Assembly (NCBI GenBank): GCA_045805065.1
Contig: JBJMMA010000127.1
Location: 1 to 10,690, forward strand
From: Bdellovibrionia bacterium
Lineage (GTDB): Bacteria > Bdellovibrionota > UBA1018
Length of the DNA: 10,690 nucleotides
Direction: 5' to 3'
The notes below the pieces were generated by a model. It saw only the letters and a list, made by a program, of their open reading frames with translations. It made no database searches and was not told the origin of the DNA. A program made the translations under genes and the position numbers. Of the stretch, positions 1 to 7,146 are shown in pieces (the first letter of the stretch is position 1; every line of letters begins with the position of its first letter).

Positions 1-356
1 GCGCGTCTTTTTTTAGTCTCCTTGGAATCGGCGTGAATCATCCGCTCACGCGAGACAAAAACTCCTGGCATTCCAGGGCGATGCTCTTTGCCCATGGGCT
101 CATTCAAAACCCCGGCAGGCCCGGTTCCGCTGACATCATATCCCGCATAGCCGTCATCCCCTTCGTTCTGGCCAAATTGTGGAAGGCGTTGTCTTCCAAC
201 GTCGGCCGACGCCTGGGGAGTGCGATCCAGCCTTGCAGCCCGAGCGATCTCTGCCCTTCGATTGAGAACATCCCGAACATCTCTATGAACGCGCTCAGTT
301 CGCGCAGGCACTCGGCTCATCTGACGGGTATGACGTGTTGGCTTTTGGACTCCCAT
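1..356 (-). CDS. Hypothetical hydrophilic protein, 3' end runs off the window (MGVQKPTRHTRQMSRVPARTERVHRDVRDVLNRRAEIARAARLD...DSKETKKRR...)
   Basis: My translation of the minus strand from ATG at 356 is open for 118 codons to the window edge. It is absent from the ORF track because there is no stop. AGGAG Shine-Dalgarno at 374-370 and a GG-N10-GC element upstream. No family recognised. Confidence 0.65.
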   Translation of the reverse strand, partial: MGVQKPTRHTRQMSRVPARTERVHRDVRDVLNRRAEIARAARLDRTPQASADVGRQRLPQFGQNEGDDGYAGYDVSGTGPAGVLNEPMGKEHRPGMPGVFVSRERMIHADSKETKKRR

Positions 357-388
357 AGTTTTTTAAATTCTCCTATGAGAGCGTGAAA

Positions 389-406
389 GTGCAACGTTTG
401 CACCGA
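389..406 (-). promoter_or_regulatory. Putative sigma54 (-24/-12) promoter and palindrome upstream of the 356 ORF
   Basis: Minus strand reads TCGGTGCAAACGTTGCAC, i.e. GG-N10-GC with TTGCA at -12. It also contains the perfect inverted repeat GTGCAA-cgt-TTGCAC (389-403). Confidence 0.4.
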
Positions 407-432
407 CTATTGGCTGCCTTTACCTCTTTAAA

Positions 433-1149
433 CTATTCGCTGCCACGACAGCCGGCAATATAAAACGCGTCAATGGCTGCCTGGGGAATGGGATAACGAC
501 ATTCTTCCTTGGGCAAAACGCCTCGACTCCAGAGAAGCCGCTCGACCATGACATCAAAGAGGTACTCCAGTTTTTCCTGTACCTCCGTGCCTTCCAGAAC
601 GCCCAAAGCACGCGCAATGGCTTCGAAAGTAGAAACACTCTCAGCGTTCGGCTCGCGTCTCAATCGATAGGTGGAAAGCGCGCCAGGTGGAAGCTTCACA
701 TGGGGAATGGATGCTAGCGCTGGCTCACGTTTAGCGACTTTCTTGGCCTGTCTCCAGCTTCCATCAGGAACAATCAAGGTAATGGGTTTTCCGTAAGAAG
801 CAATCAACTCCGGCGTCAGAGTGAGCGCTTCAGGGCTTGGAAAAAGATAAAGCGATTGGCGATCCGGGGTCACCAGTCCTTCATCGTTCATGGGTTTTCC
901 TCTGACGCCGCGGATCCGGATCTCCGAGCCTTCCAGGGCAATACGCGCAAGTTTTGCCGTATTTGTCGTCAAGTTCGTCTCCCGCATATGCATGAGCACA
1001 ATGAGTTGAGTCGAGATCTTAAGCTTTGGGATGACGCCACAGACGCAGAGAACGTGTCGAAGCTGGCATCCTTCGCACCGGGTTTCCGGGGATGCGTTCT
1101 TCAGAGGAAGGCGGTTTCTTTTGGCTTTTGGTACTGCGGTAATGCTCAT
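433..1149 (-). CDS. DTW-domain protein, tRNA-uridine aminocarboxypropyltransferase (TapT/YfiP-like, acp3U)
   Basis: N-terminal RCxxCxxxxxxCxC cluster, HxxE...TNTAKL, LFPS, DGSWRQAKK (DTW motif variant), YRLRR and STFEAIARAL, all typical of the DTW family. Confidence 0.9.
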   Translation of the reverse strand: MSITAVPKAKRNRLPLKNASPETRCEGCQLRHVLCVCGVIPKLKISTQLIVLMHMRETNLTTNTAKLARIALEGSEIRIRGVRGKPMNDEGLVTPDRQSLYLFPSPEALTLTPELIASYGKPITLIVPDGSWRQAKKVAKREPALASIPHVKLPPGALSTYRLRREPNAESVSTFEAIARALGVLEGTEVQEKLEYLFDVMVERLLWSRGVLPKEECRYPIPQAAIDAFYIAGCRGSE

Positions 1150-1168
1150 TAAATCTTTTCAGGAATAC

Positions 1169-1435
1169 TTACTCTGAGACTTCGGGCGTCTTGAATAGGC
1201 CGACCTTCTCCGGAACCCCCGTCACAAGGGACTCTGGCTGGATTTCAGCCATCGCACAGAAGCTAAACCAAAGTAAAGACGAAGGCACGAGTTTTCCCGC
1301 TTCAAGCTTTGAAAGTGCGCTTTGAGAGATCCCCAGCTTGATCGCAAGCTCAGACTGAGTCCATCCGCGCTGTTGGCGGACTTCTTTGATGATTTTTGCT
1401 GACTTAGCCGCGCTTGCTCTTTCAATTGGGTTCAC
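1169..1435 (-). CDS. XRE/Cro-C1 family helix-turn-helix transcriptional regulator (~88 aa)
   Basis: IKEVRQQRGWTQSELAIKLGISQSALSKLEAGK is a classic HTH_3. Start moved from the track's 1519 to GTG at 1435 to avoid overlap with the divergent promoter region. Stop is 19 bp upstream of the DTW start, so probably co-transcribed. Confidence 0.85.
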   Translation of the reverse strand: MNPIERASAAKSAKIIKEVRQQRGWTQSELAIKLGISQSALSKLEAGKLVPSSLLWFSFCAMAEIQPESLVTGVPEKVGLFKTPEVSE

Positions 1436-1441
1436 TGAATA

Positions 1442-1471
1442 AATATAAACTGGAAGCGAGCGGCTGTTCAA
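1442..1471 (-). promoter_or_regulatory. Putative sigma70 promoter giving a leaderless transcript of the XRE gene
   Basis: TTGAAC (1471-1466), N18, TATATT (1447-1442), N6, GTG (1435). No SD. Confidence 0.45.
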
Positions 1472-1540
1472 GATTTGTCGCGCTCCATTTTCGTAAAAAC
1501 GAACAATCAAAAGACCCAAATTATGTTATTCATAATTTCA

Positions 1541-2305
1541 ATGAGTATGGCGCACGATGACATCGCTATTCTTCGTGATGGAACGACGATTTACCGCACA
1601 AAAAGCCCTCAATACTGTGCTCCAATCCAGAACGCCGCGGTAGGCCTGATCCAGGCAATCTATGATCACAAGCCCGAACAGGCCAGACGCATAGTCAGGC
1701 AACGAATTTACACGACACTGCCTTTGTCAGAATCTGTGGCGGGTATCGTGAAAGTGGCTGCCAAAAGAATCACAGGCTCACTGTCCCTCTTGGAGCTTGA
1801 GAAAATGATCGGAAAGCACGAAGAGATCGTGGATCTGAGTGCCGAGCCTATCTGGCGCCCGGAACCTGTCACGCTCCCCCTTCCCCTGCCGAGTTCAGCA
1901 CCCACGGACGCAGAGTGGATTGAACTCGCTCAAAACCTCGCAAGAAAAACCGTTCAAAAAGACTCGAAATCCCCAAGATACGCGTCGGATCGCCCGATTG
2001 CAGCTTTGCTCGTTTCCGGGGAAAACGCGCTTCTGGGGGCTGCCATCAACACGAACGCGAAAAACCGCACGCTCCATGCCGAGATGAATCTGATCGCGAA
2101 TCTGGCGGACCAGAAAATACCGCCCGGCGCGCGACTCTTCACAACTCTCAAGCCCTGCAAGATGTGCGCGGGCATGATCCACGACTCTGCGACGGATCTT
2201 GCGAGCCTGCGCGTGATCTTTGCCGAGGATGATCCGGGAACGCACGGGCGCAATACGGCTCTCGACCGCTGCCCTCACCCTATTCAGTCTCAGTTGATAA
2301 GGTAA
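1541..2305 (+). CDS. Bd3614-family nucleic-acid/nucleotide deaminase (Zn-dependent, CDA/TadA fold) with extra N-terminal domain
   Basis: NTNAKNRTLHAEMNL (HAE at 2075) and TTLKPCKMCAGMI (PCxxC), preceded by an ~120-aa N-terminal domain and a Pro-rich linker. This architecture matches the Bdellovibrio Bd3614-type deaminases. Start uncertain (ATG 1523, 1541 or 1547). Confidence 0.8.
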   Translation: MSMAHDDIAILRDGTTIYRTKSPQYCAPIQNAAVGLIQAIYDHKPEQARRIVRQRIYTTLPLSESVAGIVKVAAKRITGSLSLLELEKMIGKHEEIVDLSAEPIWRPEPVTLPLPLPSSAPTDAEWIELAQNLARKTVQKDSKSPRYASDRPIAALLVSGENALLGAAINTNAKNRTLHAEMNLIANLADQKIPPGARLFTTLKPCKMCAGMIHDSATDLASLRVIFAEDDPGTHGRNTALDRCPHPIQSQLIR

Positions 2306-2307
2306 AT

Positions 2308-3984
2308 CTAATTACCCAAGGCCTCAGAGAGCACTCTTCCCTCCGAAAGACTTGGCGCAACCGTTCCCGTTAAAAACGAGAGAGTCGGCGCAAGGTCGAT
2401 CACTTGCGCGTTCGTGGAGTAGACTCCCGTCTTGAAAAACCTACCCGTCAGGACCAGCGGCACGGTGCGGTCGTAGGTGTAGCTTGTCATATGAGTCACA
2501 TTATCCCCTGCCACCATATAATAAGGCTTAGGAATGGTAATGACGTCGCCACTGCGTCCATCAAAGTAGGTATGCAGAATCTGGCGCTCAAACATTCCAG
2601 GTGGCAGATGTCTTTGATGGTAATCGGATCGCGTAAAGACATGAGCGATCCAAGGCTCTTTGGAGAGCTCATCCTTCATCTCAGCTTCCACATCCGCGGC
2701 CTTGGCCCCACGATCGGCCAACGCACGTGGATCAATGGAGAAGTTGAACTCCCATCCAAATCCAATCCACTTGAGGCCCTTGGGTTTTCCAAATTTGTGA
2801 TTGAGTCTCTCTTCCAGGCGGGAAAGGATCGTAGCCTGATCGACCTTCCCCGCATCAATCCGACGTGCACGCGCCCAATCCGGTTGAGGTGGAATTCCGT
2901 GATCCGCAGTGAGTACGATCGCCACATCGGCAAGACCGCCTGGAACCTGTTTCTTCAAGTCGTTCAGGACGTCAGATACGACATGATCATCCGCCACAGT
3001 CATCTCTTCCATCTCACGGCTGTTGGGACCGAAACGGTGTCCCGCATAATCATGGCTTGAGAAGCTGATGGCCAGAACATCCGTTGCAGTGCCACGACCG
3101 AGCTTCATTTCACGCACGGCGCGAGATACGGTTTTTGCGGTGAGCTCTAGTCCATAGGGAGTTGCCAGCGCTTCCAGCTCACCCACTTTGGTGTGATGAG
3201 GAAACTGGGACGGGGCCTTGGCTTCGGCTCCTTCTTGAGTAAAACCTGTTCCCTTGCCGGTATAAGTCCAATTGAGCTCTTTTCCACGCTCCTGATCCAG
3301 GCTTGCGTTCAAATCATTGACCCACGTGGGAAGTTTTCCATCCGGTAGATAGAATTTACTGGAGACCCAGTGATACGATTCCTTATCCACCCAAAGCGCG
3401 ATATCCGCTCGATGTCCGCCCATGAAAATCGCCGCGCGGTCTTTCAGCGCGATCGAGACGACTTTGGATGGAAAGCCCGCATTCTTGAGCTCATCACCCA
3501 CCGTCGTTGCGATCATGTTCTTAGGTGACGTGCCCACATAGGGATCCTTGGGATGAGCGCCAACGGTCTCAACGCTTGAATCCTGAGCACAATACATCCG
3601 GTCATGCGTCGTACGATCGTACCAATCGTTGATCGGAATCCCTGCCTGATAAGGATAGGAGCCTGAGAGAATCGTCGCATGCCCGGGACCTGTCATGGAT
3701 TGCAGGATATCGTATTGCGCAAACGGGAAGTACGCGCCATGCGAGATGAGCCATCGGAATCCGCCCAGTTTTCCATCCTTCTGGACTGCTGGCAAAAAAC
3801 GGGACTGGAAGCGCGTGAGATAATCCGCTCTGAACTGGTCAAACACCATCACAACGATCAAGCGTGGCGGCTTCTTGACCAGCGACACGGAAGAAGCCGA
3901 GGCTGAAGAAGATCTTGGAGCAGCAGCAACGGCAATCGTGGATTGAACAAAAACCAGATAAAGCGCGATCCATTTTTTCATCAT
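2308..3984 (-). CDS. Secreted/periplasmic alkaline phosphatase, PafA/PhoK type (AP/NPP superfamily)
   Basis: Signal peptide MMKKWIALYLVFVQSTIAVAA; VVMVFDQFRADYL; TGPGHATILSG (Thr nucleophile as in PafA); SIALKDRAA; SFSSHDYAGHRFGPNS; LTADHG; H...YTYDRTVPL. Start set at ATG 3984 (or 3981) after an AGGA, rather than 4035. Confidence 0.9.
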   Translation of the reverse strand: MMKKWIALYLVFVQSTIAVAAAPRSSSASASSVSLVKKPPRLIVVMVFDQFRADYLTRFQSRFLPAVQKDGKLGGFRWLISHGAYFPFAQYDILQSMTGPGHATILSGSYPYQAGIPINDWYDRTTHDRMYCAQDSSVETVGAHPKDPYVGTSPKNMIATTVGDELKNAGFPSKVVSIALKDRAAIFMGGHRADIALWVDKESYHWVSSKFYLPDGKLPTWVNDLNASLDQERGKELNWTYTGKGTGFTQEGAEAKAPSQFPHHTKVGELEALATPYGLELTAKTVSRAVREMKLGRGTATDVLAISFSSHDYAGHRFGPNSREMEEMTVADDHVVSDVLNDLKKQVPGGLADVAIVLTADHGIPPQPDWARARRIDAGKVDQATILSRLEERLNHKFGKPKGLKWIGFGWEFNFSIDPRALADRGAKAADVEAEMKDELSKEPWIAHVFTRSDYHQRHLPPGMFERQILHTYFDGRSGDVITIPKPYYMVAGDNVTHMTSYTYDRTVPLVLTGRFFKTGVYSTNAQVIDLAPTLSFLTGTVAPSLSEGRVLSEALGN

Positions 3985-4016
3985 TTCGAAACTTATCCTA
4001 TTCTCTGATCTCTTCA

Positions 4017-5729
4017 TCACGCAGGGAAAATACAAGTAAAGGTTGTGCCACCGCTTGTCTCTCCTGATACAGGTCCTGAGACTGACCCAGAAACTGTAAT
4101 GCTTCCGCCATGCAATTGCATGATGTGCTTGACGATGGCAAGCCCAAGTCCCGTGCCCCCGACATCGCGTGAGCGTGCCTGATCGACCCGGTAAAACCGC
4201 TCAAAAAGCCTTGGATAATGCTCAGGCGCAATGCCAGGACCGTTGTCCGAAACCTGGAGACGCACAGCGGTCGGAAGCTTGTCCCAGCGAACCGAGATCT
4301 TCCCGCCGGTCGGAGTGTACTTGATGGCATTCTCGACCAGATTGACCACAACCTGTTCAGCTCGCCTCGAGTCCACGTCGACGCGCTCAACGTCGTAGGT
4401 GGTTTCAATCGAATGATTCTTCTCAGCACGGCGTTTTTCAAGCTGGAGAAGCGCACGCTCAGTGAGCTCGCGCGTCCCGACAGGCGTTTTCGAAAAGCCT
4501 TCCTCACCCTGCGAGGACTCAAGCCAGGAGAGATCCAAGAGATCTCGAATCAGACTCATGAGGCGATCCACGTTCTTGAGAATGATCTCAAGAAACTTCT
4601 CGGATGTGTCGTAGCGCTTGAGCGCCATGTCCTCTTTCAACGTATCCGCATAGCCCTTGATCGCCGTCAGGGGCGTTCTAAGCTCATGCGAGACATTGGC
4701 CACAAAATCGATGCGAATCTTTTCAGCACGTCTCAGCTCGGTCACGTCATGAAAAATTCCTACTGCCCCATAAACTGTCGCATCCGCGCGATGAAGCGGT
4801 GCCACGGCAAGCGTGAAATCATGAGTCACAGAATCGCCTGACATATGAAGCGAGACATTCACGTTCTGGGTTCGCCCTTCGGTGAACGCTTCCTGATAGG
4901 CGCGCAGAATCTCGGGAGCCCGAAAGATCTCACCCAAACGTGATTTGCGGGCCTGAAACTCTTTGCCGCCGAACAAAAGAGCAAAGCGGGAATTGAAGAA
5001 AAGAGGGCTGCCTTCCAGATCAACCGCGAAGATCGCGTCCGAAATCGCGCTCATGAGAGTAGCCAGCTCTTCACGCTCTCGGGAGAGCTGCTCCGTCTTC
5101 TGAATCAGATCTGATCGGATCCGGTCCAAAGCCGACTCAAGATCGCTCCACTCACCTGAATCCACCGTTGAGCTTTTTCCAGCCCAGAAAATCACAAGCG
5201 CAAAGAACAGGGCAAAAGAGAGCAATAATACTGCCAATGAGACATCATAGACGTGGATGGACTTTTGAAGCGCTCCCAGTGAGACTGCCTGACGAAGAAC
5301 CACAGCTCCCTGCTGGGCCCGAATTGCGGAATAGAGCATGTCCTGACCCAAGGTATCGCTGTGACGCTCACTTTTTCCAGACCCCTGCGCCAGCGCCTCC
5401 TGAACCTCCGGGCGATCCGAGTGATTGGTCAGGGTCGAGGCATCCCGTTCAGAATCGCAAAGCACTTTCCCATTCATGGCGATCGCGGTCAGCCGGAAGT
5501 CAGTTCCTTTGGAATGCGCATGACACCAATCCGGCGAAATCTCCGCCGGAAGATCGACACTTAAGGCCTTGAGAGTATCCTGGGCTTGTTCCTGAATTTG
5601 AAGCGAGAGATGATTCCGCAGGAATCCGCGAGCCACCATTCCGCCTACGCCTAAAGCGGCGCAAACCAGAAGGATCTCGACAAAAACAATCCGCCAGGGG
5701 AATCGGCCTTTTGAATTTCCAATGCTCAC
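4017..5729 (-). CDS. phoR: PhoR-like sensor histidine kinase (2 TM, periplasmic Cache-like domain, PAS, HisKA, HATPase)
   Basis: Periplasmic NHSDRPEVQEAL...SDTLGQDMLY, PAS domain, DFVANVSHELRTPLTAIKGY, NLVENAIKYT, DNGPGI, LFERFYRVDQARSRDVGGTGLGLAIVKH. Lies directly upstream of an alkaline phosphatase. GTG start. Confidence 0.88.
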   Translation of the reverse strand: MSIGNSKGRFPWRIVFVEILLVCAALGVGGMVARGFLRNHLSLQIQEQAQDTLKALSVDLPAEISPDWCHAHSKGTDFRLTAIAMNGKVLCDSERDASTLTNHSDRPEVQEALAQGSGKSERHSDTLGQDMLYSAIRAQQGAVVLRQAVSLGALQKSIHVYDVSLAVLLLSFALFFALVIFWAGKSSTVDSGEWSDLESALDRIRSDLIQKTEQLSREREELATLMSAISDAIFAVDLEGSPLFFNSRFALLFGGKEFQARKSRLGEIFRAPEILRAYQEAFTEGRTQNVNVSLHMSGDSVTHDFTLAVAPLHRADATVYGAVGIFHDVTELRRAEKIRIDFVANVSHELRTPLTAIKGYADTLKEDMALKRYDTSEKFLEIILKNVDRLMSLIRDLLDLSWLESSQGEEGFSKTPVGTRELTERALLQLEKRRAEKNHSIETTYDVERVDVDSRRAEQVVVNLVENAIKYTPTGGKISVRWDKLPTAVRLQVSDNGPGIAPEHYPRLFERFYRVDQARSRDVGGTGLGLAIVKHIMQLHGGSITVSGSVSGPVSGETSGGTTFTCIFPA

Positions 5730-5777
5730 CTAAAAAGCCATAACACGATTCAGAACCAGGAACACTTGAGGATCGCG

Positions 5778-6308
5778 TCAGGTCGAGAACGAAGCATATT
5801 TTTTTGGAAACTCATCGAGCCATCGAACCAGGACATCGCGCCCCAGGACATCATGGATATACTCGTAGACCGGGCGAAGCTCAGTCATCCTCTGTGCGCG
5901 AAAACCCGAAGGATCCCGCTCCTGGGCATCCGCTGCGGCCTGTTTCTGGGCTCGAGTCATGGGATAGTGATGAATGAAAAATCCGAAATGGCGGTGACAG
6001 AAGTCTGAATAGTCTTTGGTAAAGAGCAAAAACGTATGCCACATCAGATCGATGACCATCGCCTCGCTCGCAAGCGGTAGATGAGCAAAAGCGACACGGC
6101 CCTGATCGAACTCATGCTTTCGATGAGCGCAAAACCAAAGCCAGCGCTTGGTTTCGAGAAAAATTTCTTCGGCTTGAGCGATCGAGATGCCACTCGGGCC
6201 GGCAAGGTGTCCAAAGTCCTCTATAAAACGATGAGTCACCTCATCGGACCACTCTCCCCGATCAGCAAGGACTTGCTCGAGAGGAGCAAGTCTGGAGGCA
6301 GAGCTCAA
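5778..6308 (-). CDS. 'Glycine-rich domain-containing' (DUF1399/GRDP-like, TIGR04222-related) protein lacking the Gly/Cys-rich tail; putative metalloenzyme
   Basis: Motifs E(T)KRWLW and IDLMWHTFLLFTKDYSDFCHRHFGFFIHHYP match the vD.xWH.xiL.T..Y..FC...fG.xiHH.P signature of this family. Start is TTG 6308, overlapping the upstream TGA as TTGA, or ATG 6323. Confidence 0.75.
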   Translation of the reverse strand: MSSASRLAPLEQVLADRGEWSDEVTHRFIEDFGHLAGPSGISIAQAEEIFLETKRWLWFCAHRKHEFDQGRVAFAHLPLASEAMVIDLMWHTFLLFTKDYSDFCHRHFGFFIHHYPMTRAQKQAAADAQERDPSGFRAQRMTELRPVYEYIHDVLGRDVLVRWLDEFPKKYASFST

Positions 6309-6454
6309 TGTCCGCCCTTGCATCCGTCACAGCATCTTGCGCTCAAAAGAGATTGATCGAGCAAGCGCTGAATGAGCTCATCACGAGTTTCAGATTGAGC
6401 TTGAGACGCAGAGTCATGTAAATTTGGCGAATTTTGATAGGTATTTTGGTTCAT
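6305..6454 (-). CDS. 49-aa small peptide with C-terminal Cys-rich core (putative RiPP precursor or metal-binding peptide): MNQNTYQNSPNLHDSASQAQSETRDELIQRLLDQSLLSARCCDGCKGGH
   Basis: Fills the whole gap between the GRDP-like gene and the divergent PLD gene. Its stop overlaps the next start (TTGA). An extended -10 TGTTATCAT lies 8 nt upstream of ATG 6454. Alternative start ATG 6517 (70 aa) follows AAGGAG. Confidence 0.6.
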   Translation of the reverse strand: MNQNTYQNSPNLHDSASQAQSETRDELIQRLLDQSLLSARCCDGCKGGH

Positions 6455-6485
6455 GATAGAGGATGATAACAAAAGTTGGTCTTCA

Positions 6486-7106
6486 ATGAAATCACTCTTA
6501 TTGATTCTGCGTCTCATCACTCTCCTTATCACTCTCCTTATCACTTCAGGGCTCCTCTGGTCACCACCTGCTGATGCGCGATCGCGTCATCGCAAAAATT
6601 CTGCAGCACAAGAATTAGTCGACCAGGCGCTTCAAAAAGTAGATGAGGCCATGGTGTCTCCTCCTCAGGATCAGGAGACTTGTTTCTCGCCCGAAGAGCC
6701 CTGCGCCGTTAAGCTACGCAAATTCATCGCCTCGGCTCGTCAGTCCGTTGACATGGCCATTTATGACATCAACGAAGAGTCCATTGTTCACGAGCTTTTG
6801 ACCCAATCCAAAAAGATCCAGGTGCGGATCGTCGTGGACCGCAAGCAGGCCAAAGGAAATCATTCGAGCGTCCCGATGCTTATCAAGGCCGGTGCTCAAG
6901 TGCGCTTCGGAAGGCAGCGCGGCATCATGCATAACAAGTTCACAATCGTGGATGGGAAAATGGTTCAGCTCGGGTCGTTCAATTACACGCATCATGCGTC
7001 CAAGGCCAATAACGAAAACCAAATCTATTTGGCCAATCCTAAAATCGTCGAACGTTTTCAAAAGCGCTTCGAAAAGCTTTGGTCAAAAGCAGACCCGGCA
7101 GAGTAA
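6486..7106 (+). CDS. Secreted phospholipase D-family, single-HKD Nuc/Zucchini-like endonuclease
   Basis: Signal peptide (MKSLLLILRLITLLITLLITSGLLWSPPADA), FSPE, SARQSVDMAIY, and MHNKFTIVDGKMVQLGSFNYT...NNEN = HxK(x4)D(x6)GSxN in one copy only. Start ATG 6486 (6453 possible). Confidence 0.88.
   Translation: MKSLLLILRLITLLITLLITSGLLWSPPADARSRHRKNSAAQELVDQALQKVDEAMVSPPQDQETCFSPEEPCAVKLRKFIASARQSVDMAIYDINEESIVHELLTQSKKIQVRIVVDRKQAKGNHSSVPMLIKAGAQVRFGRQRGIMHNKFTIVDGKMVQLGSFNYTHHASKANNENQIYLANPKIVERFQKRFEKLWSKADPAE
6516..6545 (+). repeat. 12-bp tandem repeat ATCACTCTCCTT x2.5 (degenerate copy at 6491-6502)
   Basis: Exact copies at 6516-6527 and 6528-6539, partial at 6540-6545. Encodes ITLL-ITLL-IT in the PLD signal peptide. 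Confidence 0.9.
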
Positions 7107-7146
7107 GTCACAAATAACCCAACGCTGCGTCAGACCGCTCGACCAT

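Noticed and set aside
33..386. 117-aa plus-strand ORF from the track
   Set aside because: Antisense to a minus-strand ORF that has an SD and a promoter-like element; no recognisable motifs.
754..765. DGSW instead of DxTW in the DTW protein
   Set aside because: Conservative Thr-to-Ser change with all other motifs intact; not evidence of inactivation.
2404..5572. Long alternative ORFs (2404-3060, 3998-4522, 4218-4841, 5168-5572 and others)
   Set aside because: Antisense or off-frame shadows of the well-supported phosphatase and phoR genes; no motifs.
6491..6545. Tandem repeat as a Pho box or mini-CRISPR
   Set aside because: Period is 12 bp rather than the 11 bp of Pho boxes, there is no CTGTCAT-like core, and there are no spacers or cas genes.
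6486..7106. PLD nuclease plus deaminase plus XRE as an anti-phage defence system
   Set aside because: The PLD has a signal peptide, the genes are separated and on different transcripts, and there is no helicase, methylase, ATPase or mobile-element context.
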